A DNA stretch of 63,231 bases, the filler included, from Aduncisulcus paluster (taxonomy: Eukaryota), in NCBI GenBank assembly GCA_024181965.1. It is 8 parts of 8 records of this genome, joined end to end, with 100 filler letters (N's around TTAATTAATTAA, not from the genome) between each part and the next. Parts side by side here need not be neighbours in the genome. Positions count along the whole stretch, not along the records: positions 27,326 to 33,951 come from BQXS01011710.1; positions 34,052 to 43,330 come from BQXS01011711.1; 6 more parts are not named here. One strand, written 5' to 3'. Both the position numbers and the translations under genes were made by a program. Below, piece after piece: positions 30,301 to 43,430 of this stretch (position 1 is the stretch's first letter; every line of letters begins with the position of its first letter). The notes beneath the pieces were generated by a model, which saw nothing but the letters and a program-made list of their open reading frames with translations, made no database searches and was not told where the DNA came from.

Positions 30301-33300
30301 CTCCTTCTCCCTCCTCTTCCTGTTTGAATGTGATGTCATCTGGCTCAGTGATTTGCTCATCAATGGGACGAACAATGAAATTCATGTCCAAACTCTCTCT
30401 GACTCTGGGAGCATCTGGAACGAGAGAACAGCCTTCATCCCTTTCTTCTATATTTGTTTCTTTATCTCCAATGCAATCACAATGCTCATCCACACCGATT
30501 ATATCTTGTTCATGGGTGATGTCATGTGGATTAGTGTCATGAGGATCAGTGCCATGTGAATCGGTGTCATGAGGATCGGTGTCAGTACGGATTAACTTAA
30601 GATCATGAGGAACAGACACAAATGGGGATGAAGTAAATGGCAGTCTTACTTCTGGTGTCCTTGGGGGATCTTTGGATACAATAATAATATCACTATCATC
30701 TATCATTTCTTCATCTCCAGGGACTGTAGCTTCTTCTCTCTCAAGAATTTGGGAATCTATTTTTATCTCGATGCCCATTCCATCAATACCATCACTATTA
30801 CTAGCACCATACTTCTCTTCCTCACTCATTCCCTCTCCCTCTTCTTCCTCTTCCTCTTCCTCTTCTTCTTCTTCTTCATCGTGAACTGTATTGAACAAGA
30901 TATCATTCACACTACCCAATTCTCCCTTTCCTTCATTTCCTTCCATCTCATCTTCACTTCTGTGAAACTCATCTTCACTTCTGTGAAACTCATCAGGAAG
31001 ACATCCTTCTTCATTCGGCAGCTCAGAGGAAGGGGATGAAGAGTGAGGTTCTATTACTTTCTCTATTACTTTATCTATTTCTTTTGGACGAGGGGTATGA
31101 GAAGACGAAGACGGATGGTCAGAATATTCATTGTGAGAGCATTGACGATCAGAACTAACATCTCTCTCATCATCTCTCTCATCAACATGAACATCATCAT
31201 GAACATCATCACCACGAGAGATATCATGGACTATTCCTGCTCTGTCATCATCAACATGTCCTGGACGATCAAGAAGAGCTTCAGCTGTTTGTTTGTGTTC
31301 ATCGTGGGTATTGGATGGAGTGTAATCTATTGTTATCTCTGGACCCACAAGCTGGGAGGAGACTATATTCGTTGTTGAGTGCATGGCTGTTATACAATGC
31401 TCTGAAGATGAACTCTCTTCCTCTTCCTCTTCTTCCTCTTCATCATGTTCTGTAGTACTATCTGCACTTCCAAGAGTTCCATCAGTGTTACATACAGCAG
31501 AGGTACCTCCAACACGGGTATCCATATCTCCTCTCCAGAGAACACTCAGTAGAAGGATGAACACAACATACACAGCGTCGTCTACACCTATAAAGTTGAG
31601 ATGTTTCATCATATTCAGTGTAATGTTAATATAGACAGGGAGATGCTGTTGAATATAATGGCAGGGGAGTTTATCTTCCGAGAAAGTCTCGAGGAAATTA
31701 TCGAAACTAGTGACTGTTTGCACAACATGGATCAGACACTCTTTGAGATCATCAGTGAGACTCGTCGACCGAGTAACATTATCGTAGATTGTACATAATT
31801 CTCCCAGAAGCATCGAGGCGGGACGGAGAGAGGAGGACAAATGGGTGGCAAATGTGAAGACTTTCTCACCGCCGCAAATACGTTCCTCGGTGCCAAGTTT
31901 TGAAGGGGGTAAAGGAGACGATGCGGAGGCATATGCTCCAGAAGAGAGAGATATTGATGTGGTGGAGGAGAGAGTGGGATACATTGAAGAACGATCGAGG
32001 TCGTAAATACCCAGAGAGCTTCGTTCACTCGAGATGGAGTATCTTGATGAATCCTCGGGAGTATCTGGTCGGTACCATTTCCTGCGAAGGCTTCGGTCAT
32101 CATCGAATTTGACCGCAGCACCTTTCCTCACAGCAGATGAGCCCTTGAAGGAAGAGGCATCAGAGATCCTAGCATCGTGTTCCGCACGTCTCCTTGAAAT
32201 GTAACCATCCTTAAGCGATTCGAACAAGACTCCTTTTCGCTCACTGACTCCTCGCACATCAGTGTGACTATCGATCAGTGTGAAAGTATTTGCTCTGAAG
32301 GTAGGGGTGTGACTGGCTTGCTTGCCTCGATTGACTTGATCTCTGAACGTAGCAAGCTCTTTCTCCTCCTCTTCAACATCTTTTTCAAGAATATCCTTTG
32401 CGTTTCCTGCAAAGCTGAACCTGAATCCAAAGTCGTCTTTCTTTCCATTCTTCCTTTTCTCAGACTCCCTTGACCTATTCCTCTCTGTGACAGCTCTCTC
32501 AATCATCCTGCTCTCACCGTTACTAATGTCAGCGGTATGAAGGAGAGCTTCTTGGAGAGGAATGAAAGAGAATCCAATGCGATTGAATACATTGGGGTTA
32601 AGAGGAACCTGTGACAAGGGATCCTCGACGGAGAACTCTGAGGAAGGGTCTGGGACTGTTCTATACGACTGCCTTTGGGGTGCTTGCATAATCGGAGCAG
32701 GCATTCCAAGAGCATCATAGATTTGAGGTCCAGAAAATGACGATGTTCTTCGAGCTTCAAACTTTTGTTTCTCTTTTTGTTTGTGTTCCTTCAAATGCTT
32801 TCCTTTCACATGCAAATGGAAGAAAGTAAATAAAATATTGGCATCACGAGGGATATCCTTGGGCAGTTTTATACATACATCACCGTTGAACTCGACATCA
32901 GCAGCGTGATATGTCACAGGGAATGCTCTAAATTTAGCACAGAAGTCTTGTTTCTCAATATCAAACAGAATGGGCAACGACATTTCATCTCCAATCTTCA
33001 GAGGAGCCTTATCACTTGCCTTGACCTCAACCACACACAGAATATTCCTCACACGAGTTGAGGAACGAAGCTTTGTAAGATTGATACTCCTCGGCTCGAT
33101 GATTAAGACGTCATCACGATACACATGGACGTGTGGTTGCTCTATAGGTCTTGGGAATAGCTCAGTAATATAACGAGGGATGGCAAGCTCTGAGGAAGTT
33201 CGTAAGAGATCATTCAGACTATCTATTATAATTCCACTGATCCCAGTGGGAATCAAACGGTCATTTCTTGCAGTAAGTGCCTTTGATGGGAATATGTCAA

Positions 33301-33949
33301 TGTCATGTGCCATGCAATAATCCTCAACAATATCCAAGTCTTCTTCCTCTTCTTCCACTCGAGAGGAGGAAGAGAGAATGGAGAGAGTACTGGATTGTCC
33401 AATCTTATTGCTAAGCACACTCCCGCCGCTGCCTGAGGAACCTCGATTGGATTGCGTTGAGTGAGGCTTGCTAGCCTTCACTGTACCTCCAAGAGAGCCG
33501 CTGGATAGCATCGAGGTGGGCAATTGAGTCGGGGAGGATGCGCCAAACTTATCAGCACGATCTTGCACGCCACCTTCATTAAAATCAGTCAATAAACAGC
33601 ATCTAAGAACAACACTGCCGTCTGTTTTACGGAGTCTGCTGATTGTCTTTGCAGACTCAAACGATTTCAAGATAGTGGTGTCATGGATAGGCATTCCTTT
33701 CCCTCTGTAGAGGGGGCATAAGAGACACATGATATCCTTCTCAGTGCCATCACCACGGTGAACGGCTTCTTTGGTCCCGTTGTCAACGAGCAGGAAGGAT
33801 TTGGAACCAGAATCAAAGGAGAAGAGAGGCTTTGCCGAAAATAGAAAATCTGAGAATATGTATTCCCCTATTCTTTCACGAACAACGCTACTGGTCTCAC
33901 ACATTTGTTTATATGATTCATACTCTCCTTCTTTCCTGTATTTGTGGTA
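27325..33949 (-). CDS. DOCK-family (DOCK-C/D, zizimin-like) Rho GEF with DHR-1/C2 domain; partial at both ends
   Basis: PHVHVYRDDVLIIEPRSINL...VRNILCVVEV...VTYHAADVEFNGDVCIKLPKDIPRDANILFTFFHL matches the DOCK6-11 DHR-1 consensus; later YSWFLFDICINSI matches the armadillo region; frame open to both gaps. Confidence 0.85.
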
Positions 33950-34051
33950 CANNNNNNNNNNNNNNNNNNNNNNNNNNNNNNNNNNNNNNNNNNNNTTAAT
34001 TAATTAANNNNNNNNNNNNNNNNNNNNNNNNNNNNNNNNNNNNNNNNNNNN

Positions 34052-37000
34052 AAAGAAAATGATCCATATCATAAACATCACTCTGAAACACTAAAAAAAT
34101 CCTCAAAATTTCAAATTTCTTCTCCGACCTTATCAATTTCTAATCCCTTAAATTTTGCCAACAAGACTTGTTCTATGATGAGCAGCCAATATACAGTCGT
34201 TGGTCTAATGTCTCCAAGAAGCTTGGTCTCATCGGATATTGACTTGATCACATCATCTGTCATCACTTCAACTTCTTCAACTTCCTCCTCTTCTTCTTCC
34301 TCTTCCTCCTCTTCCTCTTCCTCCTCTTCTTCCTCCACAACTTCTTCAATTCTGCTTTCAGAACATCCTTCAGGAAGGCCTTGTTCGTCAGTTCAGCCTT
34401 CTTCAAGTTTCATTATCCCTGCTCTTCCTATCGATTCTGCTGAAGATGACATCAAAGCCAAAGGACAACATTTTTCAAACATTACAGGAATAGACGACAC
34501 ACAACAGCACGACACACAACAGTATTCAGTGAAATTGGACAGTTCAATTCCTTCTTCTCCACATTCAATACAACATTGTATACAATCGAAAAGGTCTCAT
34601 AAATCGGGTAGAATGCATTCTAGCACCAAGACAAAGAAAAAAAGAACGCGAGAAAGCGGTGAAATGGGAGAATCTGATGTTTTTCCTCCCTTTTCTAGTT
34701 CGTATAATCGCAATACAATTAGTATCAGTGGTCCTCCAATATCAATATCCAAGTTCAGCAAGTTGGAACAAGATCCAATAGGATCTAAATCATCTTCACT
34801 ACGTATCGTTTCTCGCCGGAAAAGTACCGGTACGAGGCATCTTTCTGAAGGAAGCCGAAGATCCAAACAGAAGATTGGATCGTCCCGTCGTGACTCGGAC
34901 ATTGTCCCTCAGCATTCTTCAGACTATTATCTGCTTGATTCCACCACAACCTCACCCTGGACGACTATTTCTTCGTGTTCTATCGATCATTCACTTACGT
35001 CTTCTTCGACGACTACTTCTTTGTCTTCTTCCTATTCTTCATCTCCTTCATTGTCCCAGTCTAGATCATGTTTATTGCCTCCCATATACGTTGTAGATGT
35101 GAATGGATTCGTTTACAATGTTGACTTTAGTTCTGGTAATGTTGTGATCGCCTCCAAGATGAGAGAAAGTTCACCATGGAAGAATATGCATCATCACTGC
35201 CACTCTGCTTCTATTCCAATTGTTCAATCCCCAAGGGAACACGACAATCCAACGAGCACACCAACCTCCCAATTGTTACGGTCAGGTGGTACCACCTCCA
35301 CCAATATTAAATCGGTGTCTCCTGCTTCATCGACATCTTCTGTTGCTTCAATATCATCTTCCTCGAAATGTGATAATATTATCAACACTTTAACTCCTAC
35401 TTCTTCTCCTTTTCCCGGTGTTCCCAGTACTGGAAGCATGATTGGCAGTCAAAATGTCACGCCTCGTCTCATCCTTGCTTCTCCTTCTTCTTCAACATCC
35501 TCTTGCTCGCCTCAAAAGCTTCAGACACAACGGTTGTCTTCAACTCTGGTCCAACCCTCCAAAGTGCTCATCGATTCACCTCAATCCTCTCTTAAGCTCA
35601 AGCCATCATCAACATCACACAATGGCTCGAATATCCTATATCAAAGCACATCTTCAATGGTTATTGATGACCAAAGTAATGCTCGCCAACGAAGGTTATA
35701 TATCAATCAGTATGTATTTTGTGTATCGTCTTCAAAGGTGGATTCTCTCATTGACGATTCTGCCTTGGATAACACTGATACCGTACACTCTCTGTCTTTC
35801 GCTCAGATTCATAAACAGGATTCCCTATCTCTCCGATCCATTCTTTCTGACCATTCTGATGGTGTCAAACGCCAAGCACCTCCAAACTTGGAAGATATCT
35901 TTGATGATCTCCTTGAAGTTGACGATAACGGTCTCACTGCACGTGGGGAGAGACCAAGTTACAGCGATGATCAAGAAGAAGAGGAGGAAGAAGAAGAGGA
36001 GGAGGGAAAAGAAGAAGAGCAAGCTGATGTCAAAAGTTCAAGTAACCTTTCATTGGATAATGTTCTGGAGGATTGTATTGATGAAATGCATATACAAGAT
36101 GATGGAAGAAGAAGAGAAGATGGCAGTGAGCTGAGAAAAGAAGTAGAAGAAATGGAAGAAGGAGAGGAGGGTTCCCAAGGAGATCTCCAAGATCAAGAAG
36201 AAGAAATTGAACAGACAAATCCATTCGCTGTTTTTCCAAAACTCCCGATATCCCTTTTGATTGCTCAAGAAGAAGAAGAAAATAGCCTCGAAGGGTTTGA
36301 ATTTGGAGATGATGAAAATATCATTGAAGAAGAAGAAGAGGAGGAGGAAGTGGAAGAAATGGGTGAAGGTTGTAAGAGAGGAAAAGGGAGGAGGAAATCT
36401 TCTGAAAATAATCAAGAAAGTCTTCGGATATACACNNNNNNNNNNNNNNNNNNNNAGAAGAGGAGGAGGGAAAAGAAGAAGAGCAAGCTGATGTCAAAAG
36501 TTCAAGTAACCTTTCATTGGATAATGTTCTGGAGGATTGTATTGATGAAATGCATATACAAGATGATGGAAGAAGAAGAGAAGATGGCAGTGAGCTGAGA
36601 AAAGAAGTAGAAGAAATGGAAGAAGGAGAGGAGGGTTCCCAAGGAGATCTCCAAGATCAAGAAGAAGAAATTGAACAGACAAATCCATTCGCTGTTTTTC
36701 CAAAACTCCCGATATCCCTTTTGATTGCTCAAGAAGAAGAAGAAAATAGCCTCGAAGGGTTTGAATTTGGAGATGATGAAAATATCATTGAAGAAGAAGA
36801 AGAGGAGGAGGGAAAAGAAGAAGAGCAAGCTGATGTCAAAAGTTCAAGTAACCTTTCATTGGATAATGTTCTGGAGGATTGTATTGATGAAATGCATATA
36901 CAAGATGATGGAAGAAGAAGAGAAGATGGCAGTGAGCTGAGAAAAGAAGTAGAAGAAATGGAAGAAGGAGAGGAGGGTTCCCAAGGAGATCTCCAAGATC

Positions 37001-39866
37001 AAGAAGAAGAAATTGAACAGACAAATCCATTCGCTGTTTTTCCAAAACTCCCGATATCCCTTTTGATTGCTCAAGAAGAAGAAGAAAATAGCCTCGAAGG
37101 GTTTGAATTTGGAGATGATGAAAATATCATTGAAGAAGAAGAAGAGGAGGAGGGAAAAGAAGAAGAGCAAGCTGATGTCAAAAGTTCAAGTAACCTTTCA
37201 TTGGATAATGTTCTGGAGGATTGTATTGATGAAATGCATATACAAGATGATGGAAGAAGAAGAGAAGATGGCAGTGAGCTGAGAAAAGAAGTAGAAGAAA
37301 TGGAAGAAGGAGAGGAGGGTTCCCAAGGAGATCTCCAAGATCAAGAAGAAGAAATTGAACAGACAAATCCATTCGCTGTTTTTCCAAAACTCCCGATATC
37401 CCTTTTGATTGCTCAAGAAGAAGAAGAAAATAGCCTCGAAGGGTTTGAATTTGGAGATGATGAAAATATCATTGACCAAGTTACAGCGATGATCAAGAAG
37501 AAGAAGAGGAGGAAGAAGAAGAGGAGGAGGGAAAAGAAGAAGAGCAAGCTGATGTCAAAAGTTCAAGTAACCTTTCATTGGATAATGTTCTGGAGGATTG
37601 TATTGATGAAATGCATATACAAGATGATGGAAGAAGAAGAGAAGATGGCAGTGAGCTGAGAAAAGAAGTAGAAGAAATGGAAGAAGGAGAGGAGGGTTCC
37701 CAAGGAGATCTCCAAGATCAAGAAGAAGAAATTGAACAGACAAATCCATTCGCTGTTTTTCCAAAACTCCCGATATCCCTTTTGATTGCTCAAGAAGAAG
37801 AAGAAAATAGCCTCGAAGGGTTTGAATTTGGAGATGATGAAAATATCATTGAAGAAGAAGAAGAGGAGGAGGAAGTGGAAGAAATGGGTGAAGGTTGTAA
37901 GAGAGGAAAAGGGAGGAGGAAATCTTCTGAAAATAATCAAGAAAGTCTTCGGATATACACCAAATCTTTCCTCTCTGCTCGTGATCCAAGACCTTCTGAA
38001 GAACACCCAGCTAAAATGACTCATTATTTCTCGTTTACAGCGAAAAATCAATCAACTTCCTCTACCGACAATTCTGACGACCGACCGGTTATGGCCGGTA
38101 GAAATCAACTTGATGATGAAGTTATAGAGAAAGATGAAGGTGACGAGATCTCTTCGCCTTCCTTTGAGTATGATGTTGAGCAATCTTTGGATGGAGATGA
38201 AGGTTCTTTTTCTTCCTCTTCCTCACGCTCTTCTTCTTCCAGTTATCAAGATCCCATGCCAATGGCAACGGAATCAGGGATGCCTGATCGTTGTATAAAT
38301 GATTCCAATACCAACTCTTCTCTGATTACTCATATTCCTGATATCCATTGCATTAAGACTTTCTCTCTCATGAATCAAGAAGGAGAAGAGGATGAGGAAG
38401 AAGGTAGAACAAAAGAAATGGGAAAAGACAGACCTTCAACAGATTATTGTGTAAAACTTGAACATGAATTTAAAGAGCATCTTTCCATCCCTTCTGAAGA
38501 AGATGAATTGGTCCCATCTCTTGAAGTTAATCCCACTAAAGAATCCTCTTCTTCCGCTATCGATTCCAAGCATAGTGAAGACCTCAGTAATCATAAAACC
38601 AGAATTCTTGGTCATTGTCTAAAAATAGATATTGAGTTAGCCTCCTCTCTCAATCGTCAATCGAGGACTCCCACTCTGTCTGCGCCCTCCTCTCCCTCTT
38701 CTCCTTCCGTTCTCTCTTCTCCTCTTTCTTCTCATGCTCTAACTCTGAGCAGGGGATCTGCACGAACCTCCTCCTCGTTCCCACATCGTCCGTTACTTCC
38801 CTTGCTTCCAATACATGCCTTAGATAGTTCCAAAGAAACGACCATGATTGATGAAAGACAAGATCATTCCCAAGGTGGTGTTCACGAGAATTTCAGTGAT
38901 TCTAAACAAAAACAAACCATTATTCCTCCTCTAATCGTTAGGTCAGCTTCTGTCGAGACTAAGTCGGGGAAGATGTTTAGGAACAGTGCCATTTTCGCCG
39001 AGAGAGGTTTCATGAGTGCACGAGATGAGACTGGACATGACAATTTTAGGAGATCTGGAAAAGCTCAAGAACGTCGTGGTGGATTTTCATCAGCTAAATT
39101 TGATCTTCCTTCCTTGTCTGATCGGTCAACCTCTCAAACGCGCAGATCTATAAATAGCCGCGAACCTTCTCAGTTTTCATGTAGAATCAGTCCATCAACG
39201 AGTAATTGTCCCCTTCGATCTGTCGATTATGAACTTAAAAGACTCAAAGCGAAAGGAAACAATGGGATATATAGAGCGATGAGCAGTGAACAATTATACG
39301 GATCGGAACATTACCCTTGCTCTCCCTCACGGATGATGCACCTTCCCCATGCCCCGATAAAGAGTTTTTCTATCTCAACCCCAAGCCATAGCTCTTCTTC
39401 TAGTAGTCCATCGGTTCCAACAACGGTTGTTCATGGGGTCAAATCTTCTCAAACTTTACTCACAACTTCCGAAGAACGACAAGAGAGTGTTCCAAGAGTG
39501 CCACAGCTGCCCAAAATGTCCCCATTTATCCCAAAGATTGATGACACTCTTGGCGGATCATCTGGTCGAATATTATCCCACTCTTGGACTGGTACTCTTT
39601 CGAACCAATCTTCTGAACGGTCTCATTTCCCCTTTTTAACTGAATGTTCTCGTATTGTCGGTTCTCTGTTTGCTGATTCATTTACAGGGATGTATTCGTC
39701 CAATGGAACCCTATTATCTGACCATTTTGGGGGGAAACGAGTGGCGTTGGGCACAATGGTGCATGTAAAAGAAGGTGAAGGGTTCTTCATGTTTCAAATT
39801 AGTGAAGAAGAAGTTGATGCTGGGCAATGGATGGCTGTGCGCCTCAGTGTTGAATCAAAAGATTGA
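34052..39866 (+). CDS. Ser/Glu-rich intrinsically disordered protein (~1430 aa after collapsing repeats); 5'-partial
   Basis: Deleting 35952-37473 (sequence jumps back to GACCAAGTTACAGCG) fuses ORFs 34175.. and 37578..39866 in frame. Confidence 0.7.
35952..37860 (+). repeat. Five apparently identical copies of a ~342-nt (114 aa) acidic unit
   Basis: Copies begin near 35992, 36456, 36798, 37140, 37517; the unit is bounded by GAA/GAG microsatellites and includes a 20-N gap. Confidence 0.9.
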
Positions 39867-40486
39867 TTAATGTTTATCTGATTGATACATTTATATTTAT
39901 ATTGATTATTATCTTTTATTTTATTAATATTTTTCCTGATTAGTTTTGGATTAGTATTGTTCTTTATTAATATCTTATATTTTTGCTTTTCTTTTATTTG
40001 CGTGGCTTTTATCTGAGAGTGACAGTATATTTATGACTCTTTTTGCGTTTAATAACTTTATTTTTTTCTTGATTCTTCCTTTCGCTCTCGATTAATTTAT
40101 TTTCTGTCTGACTGCCCATTTAGCATGTTTTGCATACTTTATATATAATATTGTTGAATAAATGTCGTTTTATTTACTTTGAGGAAAATATCTTCAAATA
40201 TTATTGATGATTTGACTAATTTGTATTTCTTTTCTCAAAGTCGAGATTTCATGAAAATATTGAACTATAAAATTAGAATGCTTTAGTTAATTGTATTTTT
40301 ATTGAGGAATATTAAATTAGAGATAGTTTTTCTGTATTTCTGATTTCATCGTTTTCAAAACGGCGTTTTGTCGAGTATTCCTTTAAGGGATTCTATATTA
40401 AGCAATCTTCACAAAATATATTGCATCATTTTTGTCTTTTCTGTGGTTATTTTGAGATAAATATTTGAGAATATCACATTTCACTA

Positions 40487-43330
40487 ATGAAGTTCAGACT
40501 TCCCATATCTTTGACATCTTTTTCAATGTCTTTCTTTTTTCTTGTATTTATAATTCAAATATGCTTTATTTTTACCCTAGATTCTTCAAATGCTGGTCTT
40601 GATCAGCAGCTCAACGATTTTTCAACTCCTTCACGTTATGATGATGAATTTGGTGATTACCAACATTATCCACGGACAAACAATCACAACTTACAAGATA
40701 ACTCATTTAAAGATGATGTGGATTCGGCTGTGAATACAGATCCTCATAATCTTGCCGATTTTCCTTCTGGTTCTTCTAGTTCCGCAAAACAAAACGATTC
40801 ATCCATTCTCCCCGAGGAAAAACATGAAATTCAGGACCAAAATGACCTTTTCAATGGCAAATTATTACTGTCAAAGTTGATATTAGAACATGATTATTAT
40901 CACGATTGCCAGGTTTATTTATAGGACGTAACAGGTTCTCGCTAAATTTTTAAACACTAGGATTTTACGATTATCAGGACGAGGATGAGTCTCTAGGTGA
41001 ATATGTTTCGTTAATTTATATTATTATTTTTATTTTACTCGGGTCGGGCGTTGGTTCTTTACTGTTTCTTCATTGTTTATTTTGCAATGATATATGTTGT
41101 TCTGAAGTCCCGGAATGTTGTCAGAAATGTCAGAGATTTTATCTTGTAATTTTATCATTTGTCATCGGTTATTTATCTCTTGGTGGAATGATTATGGTAT
41201 TTTTGATATCATATGATTCTTCTGGCCTTGATTTTTTCCTTGAAATAGGTACATATTTTGGAATAGGTTTTGGTGGGGTGATTTTGCTTTTTTTTCTCTT
41301 AAATTGTTGTGGAGATCGAAAAAAATATGCTTGGAATATAGTGGCTTTATATTTTGCAGGTGCAACTGGCGCCTGGTCAGTGATCATTATTGCTCCAATC
41401 TTTCCAATCATGTTTTTGATCATCATCCTGGTAATAATACACTCAAATCAGGTTGAAAATAGTCAACTCAAGAAACATTCGTATTTATTTGAATGGAAGA
41501 ATTCTTTGTTGAAGATTATATGGTGTCTTGAAATGATGGCGCTGGGAGGACTTTTCTGTTTCATGTCGACTATTGCCGGAATCATAATAATTGTGATATT
41601 CCTAATAATTTTACTTATTGTGTCGGCTGAGAAAAGAAAAGATATTGATAAAGAAGCGAGGGAAAAAATTTCAAGGTTCGTCTCTCGAGCGCTGGAGGAG
41701 GAGAAGAAGAAAGTCGATATTGTTGATAACAGACCATCTGTCTTACCTCCTACAAATCACAGTCCAATAACACGACCACCCACAGACGCCCAGAAGAAAA
41801 AGCAAGCGGAAGAAGATGCGAAGAGGAAAAAAGAAAAGGAAGAGATAGAGAAGAAAACGCAGGAGTTGAAAATAGCCGAGGATAAAAGAAAAGCCGAGGA
41901 AGAGGCAAGGAAAAGACAACGACATATTGAAGATGCGAGGAAAAAGGATGAGGAGGCTGCTCGTGAAAGAAAGATTTCAGAAGAAAGAAGGGAGTTGGAC
42001 GCTGCAAAAAGGCAGCTTGAGCAAGACAGGCACTATTTGAGCTAGAAAAACAAAAGAGAGATCTTGAGCTAAAACTTAGAGAGAAACAATCATTGGAGCG
42101 TTCCAGATCCTCACATAGCCGGAGTTCAATCTCCTCTCAAATGATGATTCCCTCTGGCCAAGAGTCCTACGATCAGAGCCGAATGATGTCAACAGACACA
42201 TATGGTGCTTCGGTTGTTCCTGTCCACCACTCTTCTCATGTAACCCCACACATACCTAAGAAGAAAGAATATATATTGACTTCTTCAAAAGGGATGGAAT
42301 CACATTGTATTCTTGGAAAAGGTGGATTTGGGGAGGTTCTTCTTGTTTCAATCAAAGGATGTGAAGGATATAGCGCGTATAAGAAGATTATCAAGCAATG
42401 CGACAAAACCGTGTATGATAGTTGTGAGAAGGAATTTAGAGTGCAACGTAAATTGTTTAAAGATCGAAAATGTGGAGAGTTTATTGCAAAGCCTCTTTAT
42501 ATTCTGGACTGTCTCGATGCAAACTATGTCGGTGGTCTTGGGTTTTGTATGGAACTATGCCCTGGCGGAAGTGTGTCAGACTTTGTGTTGAGTTGGGCAT
42601 CCACGGCAAGTCGCATTGAGATTGATCCCTCTGACTCGGAGGAAGAGGATTGTACAACATCCTCTCCGGCCTTTAACCCATATGAAATTGATCCCCTCAA
42701 GGTTGGCTCAATATGTGTTGAGATGATCATTTGCCTCGATGAGGTGTTACAAAATATGCCAACGTTCATTCATCGAGATATTAAACCTGACAATTACCTT
42801 GTAAGAGTAGATCCTGACACCGGTAGATGTGGACTTATCCTTGGAGATCTTGGGCTTGCTCAAATCTCAGACTCCATTTCCTCTTCAAAGGACTCGTTAT
42901 CGTTCTCTGTTTCGAGCGTTATATCCTCTGGCTCAGTTGTTTCTTCGTCAAAAAGTAGCAAGACGATACAAAAAGAAGATCGGAAAGTTATCTGCGGAAC
43001 TTATGCGTATAACTCCCCTGAAGCTTTATTTGGTAATCATTCGAAGGACAGCGATGCTTATGCTCTTGGAATGTCAATGTATGCAGCATTTAGTGGTCAT
43101 GCCCCATTCCTGAGTAATCGAGCATTCGATGAGTTTTTCCATCCAGATGGCACCGTGGATAATGCCGGAGTGATCCAGAAAATGCTTGAGATGATGCATA
43201 ATCGTGATTTCCCAAAGATAGAATGGTGTCCCCTATTCAGAAAGCTGAAAGAGATGCCTCATGGAGATGAGATCTACAGTTGTCTCAAAGAAGTGTATGA
43301 TGGGTTCATTGAATACGATGCTGGCGATAG
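40487..43330 (+). CDS. Receptor-like kinase: signal peptide, acidic ectodomain, ~7 TM helices, coiled coil, Ser/Thr kinase; one intron and one frameshift; 3'-partial
   Basis: Joins ORFs 40487-40924, 41188-42045 (frame open from 40963) and 42093-; kinase motifs GKGGFGEV, YKK, EKEF, HRDIKPDN, DLG, GTYAYNSPE, DAYALG. Confidence 0.68.
40857..40960 (+). other. Putative GC-AG intron (104 nt, phase 1)
   Basis: G|GCAAAT...CGCTAAATTTTTAAACACTAG|GA restores the frame (DLFNG FYDYQDEDE); length similar to the BMS1 intron. Confidence 0.55.
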
Positions 43331-43430
43331 NNNNNNNNNNNNNNNNNNNNNNNNNNNNNNNNNNNNNNNNNNNNTTAATTAATTAANNNNNNNNNNNNNN
43401 NNNNNNNNNNNNNNNNNNNNNNNNNNNNNN

